Below are positions 51,986 to 60,607 of a stretch of DNA of 64,000 nucleotides, piece by piece. Numbering within the stretch: position 1 is the stretch's first letter; every line of letters starts with the position of its first letter. This stretch comes from a virus, in the IMG/VR virus record IMGVR_UViG_3300028840_006907, positions 224,001-288,000 of that record. The stretch is one strand, 5' to 3'. The notes under the pieces are model-generated. The model was not told the origin of the DNA. It saw only the letters and a program-made list of their open reading frames with translations, and ran no database searches. Position numbers and translations under genes: made by a program.

Positions 51986-52549
51986 ATGGCTAGTTCAAAT
52001 CTCCCGCTCCCTAATGCGCATTGTAATGTTCTGTATCGTCAGACTTTCAATACTTACGGTACAATCGTTGCTGCTGGATTAACTCAGAATAACCGCGTAG
52101 GGAACGCACAGAAAGCGAACAATACTCGCCTGAATGCAAATACCAATTTAGGTATTCTCGCAGGTAGTGTTGTTGCTGTAGCTGGAAGTGGTACAATTGG
52201 GCCGTGCGCCGGTGACGCTTCTGCAAATGACCTTGCAGTAGGTATTGCAGTAAATGATGCTGTCGGTAACGCCTATGAGTCAAGTTCCGCTGTAGCATCG
52301 AACAGAGTAGTTTATGCCCATGGAACCGGTACAGTCTTTAATACCGATATCTATGAGACAAAAGCAACGGACGGCACCGCTGCTGTTACCTATACTGCAG
52401 GTGACAGATTGTATTCATCCCAGAATGGGTTGCTTACAAATTCAAGTGGTATGGCCTTAGTTCCTAGTGCCTATCATACTATGATTGGCATTGTTTTAGA
52501 AGTTCCAACTGCTTCTAATCCATATATGACCGTTCAAATGAGAATATAA
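51986..52549 (+). CDS. putative capsid decoration / head-associated protein
   Basis: 187 aa with AGGAGG RBS, immediately upstream of the capsid gene. Ala/Gly/Val-rich beta-type sequence (AVGIAVNDAVGNAY...YTAGDRLYSSQNGLL...MIGIVLEV), like small head-decoration proteins. Visibly GC-richer codon usage, as in the capsid gene. Confidence 0.4.
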   Translation: MASSNLPLPNAHCNVLYRQTFNTYGTIVAAGLTQNNRVGNAQKANNTRLNANTNLGILAGSVVAVAGSGTIGPCAGDASANDLAVGIAVNDAVGNAYESSSAVASNRVVYAHGTGTVFNTDIYETKATDGTAAVTYTAGDRLYSSQNGLLTNSSGMALVPSAYHTMIGIVLEVPTASNPYMTVQMRI

Positions 52550-52564
52550 GGGAGGTGAGTCTCA

Positions 52565-53437
52565 ATGGCTGAAATTAGCAATCAAGTAAAACAAGAAATT
52601 ATTGCTGAGTATATTAAAACTGCCGGTGGACGTGCGAAACTCGCTGCGTCAATGACTCAGCCTTTACGTCTTAGGAGAGACTACACCAGTGTAGGTCGTA
52701 AGACTTTCTTGGTAGAACAGCTCCCTGACGGTGCATTACCAATTTATGACAAAGATCCTAATGTCACAGCATATGTGATTGGTGAAGAAGGTGCCAACAT
52801 TTTGGCTATCACCAAACCTCGCCGTGTCATTTTTCCTTTGTTTGAAATTGCATCCAATCCGGAAATTCCGTTAACTCAAATCAAAGAACGTCGTTTCGAT
52901 CTCATCGAACGTGCTCAAGACCTTGCTAAATCAGAAATTCAGGCTGAAGAAGACACACGTGTTTTTGAAGTTCTGGATGCTGTAGCAACAAATGGTTTTG
53001 ATAACATCGGTGCAACGAATGCAGATATCCCTGCAACTGCTCCTCTTACACCTTCAGACCTCGCTGATGCTTTTGCACTAGTAGAGCGCCATGATCTGCG
53101 TGTAGCAAGAGTATTTGCCAATGCACTGGATTACAGTGACATTCGTAAGTGGGGACGTGATGTTCTTGATATCGAGAGTCAGGCAACATTACTTAAAACT
53201 GGTCTTATGGCAACCGTTTGGGGAGCCCAGATCATAGTTTCAAGAAAAGTTCCTGTAGGATACATCTATGTATGTGCAGAACCTGAATTCTTTGGCCGGA
53301 TACCTGTCCGTACAGAGCTTACAGTTCTCTCTGCTGATGATCCACGTAACCGTACAATCGGATTTTCATGTTTTGAAAATCTTGGTATTGGTTGCCACAA
53401 TCCTCTCGGCTTGGATCGTGTCGTACTTTCTCGATAA
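52565..53437 (+). CDS. major capsid protein (HK97-fold type)
   Basis: 290 aa with GGGAGGTGA RBS. Biased, GC-richer codon usage and a strong terminator just downstream. Position after the scaffold, and size and sequence style typical of short HK97/encapsulin-like shell proteins (no delta domain). Confidence 0.7.
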   Translation: MAEISNQVKQEIIAEYIKTAGGRAKLAASMTQPLRLRRDYTSVGRKTFLVEQLPDGALPIYDKDPNVTAYVIGEEGANILAITKPRRVIFPLFEIASNPEIPLTQIKERRFDLIERAQDLAKSEIQAEEDTRVFEVLDAVATNGFDNIGATNADIPATAPLTPSDLADAFALVERHDLRVARVFANALDYSDIRKWGRDVLDIESQATLLKTGLMATVWGAQIIVSRKVPVGYIYVCAEPEFFGRIPVRTELTVLSADDPRNRTIGFSCFENLGIGCHNPLGLDRVVLSR

Positions 53438-53460
53438 GAATTGATACTTATTGATAAAAA

Positions 53461-53505
53461 GGGCTATTAGAGGGACAGTCCCCACTAATGGCCCTTTCTT
53501 TTTTT
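53461..53505 (+). terminator. rho-independent terminator after the capsid gene
   Basis: GGGCTATTAG (53461-70) pairs with CTAATGGCCC (53485-94) with one G-U pair. Followed by TTTCTTTTTTT. Confidence 0.8.
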
Positions 53506-53526
53506 ATGAATTAAAGGGAGTAAAAA

Positions 53527-53892
53527 ATGAAAAGTCTATCATCGTTTTTAAAAAAGATAGCTTATCGTATAGCTACTGAATTCCCTGATACTTCAGAATT
53601 ACGCGAGAATGAACCTGATTGGTCTGAGCTAAATAAAGAGTCTCTTCCATGGCAGGCATTTGCTAATTATAAGTCCATGGATAAAGAGAAAAAATCTACC
53701 TGGAAATATCCTCATCATTTTATAGCTGGAGGTAAAAAAGAGGATGGGATTTTTACATCAGGTACGATGTATCTTCATAAAGGTGGTTTAAACGCTGCCT
53801 GGGCTGCTGCTCAAGGTGCTCGGTCAGGAAAAAAAGCTACTCCAGAAATTATCACTCATTTAGAAAGACATCGTAAAGCTATAAAAGAATAA
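53527..53892 (+). CDS. hypothetical protein
   Basis: 121-aa ORF with AAGGGAG RBS. No motif recognised. Confidence 0.6.
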   Translation: MKSLSSFLKKIAYRIATEFPDTSELRENEPDWSELNKESLPWQAFANYKSMDKEKKSTWKYPHHFIAGGKKEDGIFTSGTMYLHKGGLNAAWAAAQGARSGKKATPEIITHLERHRKAIKE

Positions 53893-54028
53893 GCTAAAAA
53901 AATTTGTAATTATTCTTCATTTAAAACGTTTTGATTTAAAAGAAGTTATCATATTTTATGGTAACTTTTTTTCATTTGTTTAAAAAATTTTGCTGTTCGT
54001 TTCCCTTCTAAACCTTGTATTAATATGT

Positions 54029-55063
54029 ATGGGAAAGAAATGCAAAGATAAGCACTGTTTTAATGATGCTGAAATAAAAGGTTATTGTGTAAGGCATTAT
54101 TTTAGCCTACCTAGATGTGAGTATCCTGGGTGTCCGAATATTACTCTTGTTAAAAACGGCCTCTGTAAAAAACACTCTGAATTAGATCCAAAAGACATAC
54201 CTAATTATAAACCGAAAAGAAGACAGGAATCGGTTAAAAGGGAAATTAAGTTTCCTAAAAATTGGAATCATTTTTCTTTGGAACAGAAAAAAATCCTTCT
54301 TAATAAGGAAACGAAGTCTAAATTAATAATATATATCTTAAAAAAGGATCAAAGTTTTGATGTAAAGAATGCTTGTAAAAGGAGGCTTCTGGAATTAGGG
54401 TGTGAAATACCAAAAGATTTAACGTATAAATGTAAAGTCCCTGGTTGTGATAATGGTCCAAGTTCGTTAAATCATTATACTAGTGGATTTTGCCAAACTC
54501 ATTATCAGCAATATCTAAAAGGAATAATAGATAAAGACGGTAAATCAATCAGGGATTTGGTAGATGTAGGGAAACACAATGCTAATATATCTCCTGAAAG
54601 GGCTATATTATCTAAATATAATACTTTAATTAAAGGCATACACCATATCAGGAAAGAATTGCGAAATCTGAGAGATATGTCCTTTGACATGGATTATAAA
54701 TTTAATTTCTTTCCGCAATTAGGGTTTGTTGAAGACAGTTTAAAATTTATTTATAGTCCCCATTTTATTCTGAAGAATACATCGTTTTTGAAAAACACTA
54801 CATTAAAGGAGATCTTGGGAGAGAAAGAAGAACACGCACAGGTGATGTTGAAATTAGATGGCAATGAATATAAGGGGGAATTGATTCAGGGAGATGAATC
54901 AAAAATATTCATTACTGATAAAATAGATAAGAAAGGTTCAGTAGTTCTTTTTTTGAGAGGTATAGAAGATTTTACAGAATATCCTTTTGAATGCAAAGCT
55001 TATGATAAGGAAACTAACATAGTACAGAATATACGAATAGAGGAAATTCGTGAAGATAAGTAG
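54029..55063 (+). CDS. Cys/His zinc-finger repeat protein
   Basis: The ATG at 54029 is preferred over the TTG at 53990 (neither has a clear RBS). Three repeats of C-x2-5-C-x8-13-C-x2-H: KKCKDKHCFNDAEIKGYCVRHY; CEYPGCPNITLVKNGLCKKH; CKVPGCDNGPSSLNHYTSGFCQTHY. Confidence 0.6.
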   Translation: MGKKCKDKHCFNDAEIKGYCVRHYFSLPRCEYPGCPNITLVKNGLCKKHSELDPKDIPNYKPKRRQESVKREIKFPKNWNHFSLEQKKILLNKETKSKLIIYILKKDQSFDVKNACKRRLLELGCEIPKDLTYKCKVPGCDNGPSSLNHYTSGFCQTHYQQYLKGIIDKDGKSIRDLVDVGKHNANISPERAILSKYNTLIKGIHHIRKELRNLRDMSFDMDYKFNFFPQLGFVEDSLKFIYSPHFILKNTSFLKNTTLKEILGEKEEHAQVMLKLDGNEYKGELIQGDESKIFITDKIDKKGSVVLFLRGIEDFTEYPFECKAYDKETNIVQNIRIEEIREDK

Positions 55064-55068
55064 GTTTT

Positions 55069-55245
55069 ATGATTATAACGACTCTTTCTTGTGCCATTAT
55101 TTTAATCGCAATATTTTTATTGATATTGTCTTTATTATCTGATTGTGAGCCTTTTGGGATAAGTCGAGATCTAATAGTCACTCTTTTTCAGATATTAAAT
55201 GCTATTTTAGCTGGAGCTATAATCATTTATCATAATTGGGGTTAA
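55069..55245 (+). CDS. possible 58-aa two-helix membrane protein (below the ORF-track cutoff)
   Basis: MIITTLSCAIILIAIFLLILSLLSDCEPFGISRDLIVTLFQILNAILAGAIIIYHNWG. Two hydrophobic helices. Starts 6 nt after the upstream stop with a weak RBS. Confidence 0.35.
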   Translation: MIITTLSCAIILIAIFLLILSLLSDCEPFGISRDLIVTLFQILNAILAGAIIIYHNWG

Positions 55246-55249
55246 TTTA

Positions 55250-55459
55250 TTACCACTTATTGTAATTTCTGCCATATGAATTATTTCTATGGTTTTGATT
55301 GCTTCCATTCCTATCATCTTTTTCGGCTTTTCTTTTTTTCCTACAATCTGGACATCTTACTGGATCGCTGAAACCTTTTTGATTAAAGAAATCCTGTTCA
55401 CCGGCTGTGAAAGTAAAATTATTACCACAATCTCTGCAAGCTATCTGTCTGTCAGACAT
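55250..55459 (-). CDS. zinc-ribbon protein (CxxC...CxxC)
   Basis: 69 aa with AAGGAG RBS. CRDCGNNFTFTAGEQDFFNQKGFSDPVRCPDCRKKRK matches the small 'probable zinc-ribbon' family pattern C-x2-CG-x-F-x5-EQ...P-x-C-x2-CR. Confidence 0.7.
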   Translation of the reverse strand: MSDRQIACRDCGNNFTFTAGEQDFFNQKGFSDPVRCPDCRKKRKAEKDDRNGSNQNHRNNSYGRNYNKW

Positions 55460-55473
55460 ATTTTCTCCTTTGG

Positions 55474-56361
55474 TTATTCCTCTAATTTTTCTACAATCGA
55501 TTTCAATTTATTAATATGTTCTTGTTCTTCTTGTATTTTTTCTTCCCATAGATCAGAATCTTTAAGTGAGGTAATAGTCCGGTCTATAAGATTTACGAGA
55601 ACACTCGGTTCTAATGCATCCAGTTCCCAGCTTTCTTCTCCAAATTTTATAATATATGATTGATATCGGGAATCAGTAGTTTTGGCAGGATTGGGAGGAG
55701 GGCTAAATTCCTCTATTTGATTAAAGTTCAGAGCGATACGTTTTACTTCCATTCCACCCATAAATAATTCTAATCGATCAGTTATGTCCCTAGTCATATC
55801 GATCCCAGATGGATCATGATCGCCTAGATGGATGACAATAGGTATCTGTGATTTACCTTTAAATTTCATTGCATGTCTTCTGAATCTGCGACCTGCTGAC
55901 CACATTTCACTTTGAGAAGTATAACCTCTACATGAAAAATATGGCACATCATGTTGATTACATATCCTGTCTATAACTCCGACAAGAGCATCTTTTTCTA
56001 TCCAGACTTCGGGACGATATATTTGGTTTTCCCATTTATCGATTTCATATTGTTCAATACAAGTTTCGATAATTTGAGCTGGGCTGTCCCAATGAGATAA
56101 CTGTTGTAATTCTCTTGTTCTATCTTCAAGTCTATCCCAATCTACTAATCCAGCAAGTCGAGCATCATTGATAATAGATCCCAATCTTTTATACTCTGAT
56201 TGTTTATTAGCAATAAGATCTCGGGAGACAAACTGGTAGTATAATTGACGAAGAGTAAGTTTAAATCCTTGCCCTCTATATTCTTCGATGATATTATTAG
56301 CTTGATCTATTATAGTTAAGCTAGAACTTGCGAAATTTTTCTTGATATATGCTATTTTCAT
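55474..56361 (-). CDS. Spo11 / topoisomerase VI-A-like protein (catalytic-Tyr motif + TOPRIM)
   Basis: 295 aa. LTLRQLYYQFVSR matches the (T/S)-x-R-[DEQ]-[IL]-Y-Y tyrosine motif. IVIHLGDHDPSGIDM matches the TOPRIM D-x-D-P-x-G motif. Start overlaps the upstream stop (ATGA). Confidence 0.6.
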   Translation of the reverse strand: MKIAYIKKNFASSSLTIIDQANNIIEEYRGQGFKLTLRQLYYQFVSRDLIANKQSEYKRLGSIINDARLAGLVDWDRLEDRTRELQQLSHWDSPAQIIETCIEQYEIDKWENQIYRPEVWIEKDALVGVIDRICNQHDVPYFSCRGYTSQSEMWSAGRRFRRHAMKFKGKSQIPIVIHLGDHDPSGIDMTRDITDRLELFMGGMEVKRIALNFNQIEEFSPPPNPAKTTDSRYQSYIIKFGEESWELDALEPSVLVNLIDRTITSLKDSDLWEEKIQEEQEHINKLKSIVEKLEE

Positions 56362-57038
56362 TGGGAGATAATATTTATTGTAGTTGGGTATTGGTTTTTT
56401 ACTATGAATTCTGCTTCTGCTTCATTTAAAGCTTCTACTGAAACAGTTTTATTATGAATGATACTTTTTTTATTATAATAAAATTCAATATTCATTTGAA
56501 ATTTTCGTTTCTTTGGTGGGGTAAAATCCTGTTGTATATCTATAAAAAAATTTTGTGGGCCTAAAATAGAAGGACCTATAAGTTTTTCAGTAGTTTCCTT
56601 TTTTATACTAATTATTTCTTTTGGAGAAAATTGGTCTTTTATTTTTTTAATAGCGTCTTCGATATCTTCAGCAAAAATATTAATTGTTGTTGGGGTTTCG
56701 AATTCTTTTGTTTCTCCTAATATTTTATTCTGATAAAAGAGTATCATTTGAACTTCAAATCGTTGATGAGTTTTATACGGCTTATTAAAGTTTTCGATTA
56801 TTCTTTTTTCAAGTGAAGCATAATCAAATTCAAATGTATTAGGACCATAATCCATTCGGCAATGGTTAGGCCATAGAGGTTGTGATTCTGGAGAATGGTG
56901 TTCAGTATATGGATTGGAGCTTTTTGGTTCACCTTTAAGTTCTGGTCTATAAAAATCTGTCCAGTCTGTCAATTGCCCAGTTTTAATAAGAAGTTTTAAA
57001 TATGCTGGATCTATTCTTTTGTATTTATGATCTTCCAT
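56358..57038 (-). CDS. hypothetical protein
   Basis: Start moved to the ATG at 57038 (AAGGA 5 nt upstream); the track start at 57086 lacks an RBS. 226 aa; no motif recognised. Confidence 0.55.
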   Translation of the reverse strand: MEDHKYKRIDPAYLKLLIKTGQLTDWTDFYRPELKGEPKSSNPYTEHHSPESQPLWPNHCRMDYGPNTFEFDYASLEKRIIENFNKPYKTHQRFEVQMILFYQNKILGETKEFETPTTINIFAEDIEDAIKKIKDQFSPKEIISIKKETTEKLIGPSILGPQNFFIDIQQDFTPPKKRKFQMNIEFYYNKKSIIHNKTVSVEALNEAEAEFIVKNQYPTTINIISQ

Positions 57039-57373
57039 AATTTTCCTTAAAAAAGATGTTTGAATTATAACTAAAATATAATTCAAACATCAACAAATTT
57101 TATGTAGAAATAAATTGTATGGGGAGAATCCCACAATATCTAAGTATACTAAAAAGTTTAGACAAAGACAAAGAAAAAAACTAATTTGAAGAAATAAAAT
57201 ACTATATTAAGTAAGAAATATACCAAAATAGCCCAAAATATACCAAAAGTTTTTGCTTATTTCATCTAAGTCTAATTTTTTGAAGTATTTGGAATAAAAA
57301 TAATATAATTTATGATTTATTATGGTTTTTCTTATTAAGTAGATCGTGTATCTAATTTTGAAAGGAGTTGCCT

Positions 57374-58087
57374 ATGGCAGAAGAACAAAAGAGCTATAAA
57401 GATGTTTATCCTGAGATTGACCCTCTCATTAAAGCAGATCCTCTCCTTAATTGGGGAAGATTTAAAAAAGAGCATCCTGATTTATCTAATAAAATTACAA
57501 GATGGTCTTATCTTCGTCGAAGAAGCATAATTTTAGGTTACGGGGGTTATGGGAGTAAGATGAAAAATAAGAAAAAGAGTAAGAAAGGTGCCCGTAGAAT
57601 GAAAAAGAAAGAAACTCCAAAGAAAGTTAAAGTAGTAAAGACTATCCAGAATTTAAAAGGTGTTACTGATGAGCAGATTGTCAAGTATGTTAGTGATACT
57701 CTTCCAACCTCGAAAAATAAAAGGGAATATGTCAAATTGGGTAAAATATTAGTAAAAAACCCAGGTATATCATATCCAGATTTAAAGAAAAAGAAGTTTG
57801 TAACAATGAGCAATCCGACTTATTACATATTCAGAAAAAACTTTATTAATCATTTCAGTGCTAATGGTAAAGTAGAGCCGGAAGTAGTTGAGACGAAACC
57901 TAAGAAAAAGAATGGCTATAAAAGAAAAGGGACTATTTATAGATCTATACTTATCGATAAAGAAGCTAGTGATGTTGAGGTAGCTCAAGCGAAAAAAATT
58001 ATTGGAGCAATGAGAGAAGAAGAAAAAATGAATTATGAAGTAGAAGAATTAAAAACTGGTTATGAAATCAGAAAGTTTACTAAATAA
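57374..58087 (+). CDS. lysine-rich basic protein
   Basis: ATG at 57374, 6 nt after AAGGAG; the track lists a TTG two codons upstream. KNKKKSKKGARRMKKKETPKKVKV segment, possibly nucleic-acid binding. Confidence 0.6.
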   Translation: MAEEQKSYKDVYPEIDPLIKADPLLNWGRFKKEHPDLSNKITRWSYLRRRSIILGYGGYGSKMKNKKKSKKGARRMKKKETPKKVKVVKTIQNLKGVTDEQIVKYVSDTLPTSKNKREYVKLGKILVKNPGISYPDLKKKKFVTMSNPTYYIFRKNFINHFSANGKVEPEVVETKPKKKNGYKRKGTIYRSILIDKEASDVEVAQAKKIIGAMREEEKMNYEVEELKTGYEIRKFTK

Positions 58088-58103
58088 TTAAGGAGGTTAA
58101 TGT

Positions 58104-58490
58104 ATGACTAGAGGCTCACTTAAGAAAAAGTTGTCGGGAGAAAAATCTTGGCTTATTATTAATGATGGCTCAGATGGGGTGAAGGTGGTAAAGGAGTTTG
58201 GTATACAGAAACGGAAAGTAATTGAGTTTTCTTTAGTTTGTGTTTCAGAGGGTATTTATATCAAACATCCTCACTATGAGTTCCGATCTACTGTATCTCA
58301 TTATTGCTCTACTCAGAAGGACATAAGATTGAGTCTAAATAAGACATTTCTTTCGTCAATTATAAAAACCCTAAGAAAGATAGGTTTGTGGGAAGCCATT
58401 GTAAACAAGGACTTTTTACAAGTCAATCGAGATAACTCAAAATCAAATAAAGGTGTCGTGAAAAGGGAATTAAGACGATTATTGGGGTAG
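58104..58490 (+). CDS. hypothetical protein
   Basis: 128-aa ORF with AAGGAGG RBS. Confidence 0.6.
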   Translation: MTRGSLKKKLSGEKSWLIINDGSDGVKVVKEFGIQKRKVIEFSLVCVSEGIYIKHPHYEFRSTVSHYCSTQKDIRLSLNKTFLSSIIKTLRKIGLWEAIVNKDFLQVNRDNSKSNKGVVKRELRRLLG

Positions 58491-58494
58491 TTTA

Positions 58495-59253
58495 GTGAAG
58501 AGGAAAGAATCAACAAAGACTTCAGAGTTTCTAGAAAATCTTTTGAAAAAGATGGCTTCTAGGAGACTCATTCGAATTCGTACAGAAAATAATAAATCCT
58601 TGAAGATTTCCTATAAAGGGTGCAGTGATCTTTTTAGTTCAAAATGGAATATAAAAATATACAATTCAGGGACAGTTGTATGTACTGATTTAGTACCTTT
58701 AAGAAAGTATGCTGTTGGGAAATTTAAGCTTCCTGATCCGTCTTTAAAATTGATAAAATGCGACGACAGCGGCTGGGGGTTTCCCTTATGCGGAATTTTG
58801 ATAGGTCTTGAATTTAATAGAAAAATATATGTGGGTGAAATAGGTGTTGAGTATTTTAAGTCACCTTCATTTGAAAAGAAAGAGTATTTGAAAAAATATT
58901 CTGATGAGGGTATTAAAATACTTAATAAAAAAATAGGTGCTAATCCTAAAACCCATAGAATTGAAATATGTACTGGATATGTAAATGGAACTCTTCGAGA
59001 TGATTTAAGAGAATTAGGATATGATGTACGAACAGTCGAAATAACGGGTCTACTCCAGAATAAGCTAGAGATATATTATAAAATGTACATAAAGAAGAAG
59101 ACTGGAGTAGATCTCGCCTATGACCCTAAAGAAGTAACAAAAAAACAGCTAGTTTTTGAATACCACAAGGCCCTGGAATGGGGTCAGAAGTATGCACCTC
59201 ATTTATTGAAATCTGGATGGCAGTCCATGAAAGATAAAGGTATTACTGGATAA
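58495..59253 (+). CDS. hypothetical protein
   Basis: 252-aa ORF with a GTG start 4 nt after the upstream stop. The start is uncertain. Confidence 0.5.
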   Translation: MKRKESTKTSEFLENLLKKMASRRLIRIRTENNKSLKISYKGCSDLFSSKWNIKIYNSGTVVCTDLVPLRKYAVGKFKLPDPSLKLIKCDDSGWGFPLCGILIGLEFNRKIYVGEIGVEYFKSPSFEKKEYLKKYSDEGIKILNKKIGANPKTHRIEICTGYVNGTLRDDLRELGYDVRTVEITGLLQNKLEIYYKMYIKKKTGVDLAYDPKEVTKKQLVFEYHKALEWGQKYAPHLLKSGWQSMKDKGITG

Positions 59254-59332
59254 TACCACCCACCTAAAATATTTCCAAAAATTAATAATTTATTGATATT
59301 TTCTTTTCTGGAAAAAGCAGAAAGGAAAATAT

Positions 59333-59764
59333 ATGCGTGTATTAATATCTGATGTAATTCGAAAGACTGCTATAGATTTTAGTGTGTTACGAAAAATTCC
59401 CGGTTTTCTTAAAAATCCTATAGAAGCTGCTAAAAAATATATTGTAGATCTTATTTTAGAAGATCCTGAAAAGAATTTAATGCCTGTTTTAAATTTTAAA
59501 CCTGGTGCAAGTGCCAAAACTGCTCTTGTACCTTATCCAAAAGGAACACCCAGACCTAAAAAGAAAAAGAAGATTATGGATACAAAGACAATCCTAGGTC
59601 TTACTGCAGTAGTAGCTTTGACGTTTTTGCTTCAAATATTTGGTCCAGGATTTGTAAAGGATATTGAAAAAGATGTCCAATCTAAAATAAATGATAAAAA
59701 AATTATCCAAACTATAAAGACTAATTATGCTGAGACACAAAAAGCAATAGAAGGAGAATTCTAA
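59333..59764 (+). CDS. hypothetical protein with one predicted transmembrane helix
   Basis: 143 aa with AAAGGA RBS. Hydrophobic ILGLTAVVALTFLLQIFGPGF segment after a KKKKK stretch. Confidence 0.55.
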   Translation: MRVLISDVIRKTAIDFSVLRKIPGFLKNPIEAAKKYIVDLILEDPEKNLMPVLNFKPGASAKTALVPYPKGTPRPKKKKKIMDTKTILGLTAVVALTFLLQIFGPGFVKDIEKDVQSKINDKKIIQTIKTNYAETQKAIEGEF

Positions 59765-59808
59765 TTCCCGCCTTTCTTATGGTTAAGTGTTTTCTAGTAA
59801 GGGAGTGA

Positions 59809-60537
59809 GTGTATGCACTCCCTTCGAAATGGATCTCAAAAATTATGAAAATTACGATAGCTTCCTGTATAAGAAAAACTGCACTGCAATCAAAAGCTGA
59901 TCACTGGGCTTCTAAGATCAGAGACAATTATGATATGACCTGTGAGTTTGGTCCAAAAGTCTATGATGGTCATTTAATCCTTAGAGAAGTATACAATATA
60001 TTAAAACCGGTTCCACCAGCCCTTATAAAAGATTGTGGTATTAAGAAGCTCCTGATTCGGGGAGACATGGGTCCGAATAAACCGTATTATCCGAATCACG
60101 GATATTTTGTAGGTGATCAAGTAGCATTAAATGCTGATATTTTCCACCATCCTGATTTACCCGATGATTTTTTTGATCATCGTGGGTATTTTCTAACTCG
60201 TCCTCAACAGACACTTTTACATGAAGTTTCTCATGCATTCGATTTTCATAACGGTGAATTATCTAGAAAAGAAAATTGGTTAAAATTGTCTGGATGGAGT
60301 GATAGTTTTAGACCCGGTCTTAAACGTCTCATTATTAGTGAGCCTGGTACTCCTCAAATAGTTGGAGATATGTATTATGATCCTAAAGCTGAAGGATTTA
60401 CAAGATTTTATGCTCGTAGAAATAGTGAAGAAGATTGGGCTGATTCTAGTGCCTTTTATATAGGTGGGCTTAAGAATAAAGTGCCTATAAAAAAACATAC
60501 CTATTTTGATAATATTTATAAAAAATATTATCCCTAA
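59809..60537 (+). CDS. putative zinc metallopeptidase (HExxH)
   Basis: 242 aa with a GTG start after GGGAG. TLLHEVSHAFDF contains HExxH. No other motif recognised. Confidence 0.5.
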   Translation: MYALPSKWISKIMKITIASCIRKTALQSKADHWASKIRDNYDMTCEFGPKVYDGHLILREVYNILKPVPPALIKDCGIKKLLIRGDMGPNKPYYPNHGYFVGDQVALNADIFHHPDLPDDFFDHRGYFLTRPQQTLLHEVSHAFDFHNGELSRKENWLKLSGWSDSFRPGLKRLIISEPGTPQIVGDMYYDPKAEGFTRFYARRNSEEDWADSSAFYIGGLKNKVPIKKHTYFDNIYKKYYP

Positions 60538-60607
60538 CTTTTTAAACTATTATTTTAAATCAGAGATTATAGTATATTTCTAAGATTATACCATAAGATA
60601 TTAAGTA

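Noticed and set aside
55289-55663. 124-aa plus-strand ORF.
   Set aside because: It is antisense to two well-supported minus-strand genes (the zinc-ribbon gene with AAGGAG RBS and the Spo11-like gene). It has a hydrophobic low-complexity translation and no RBS.
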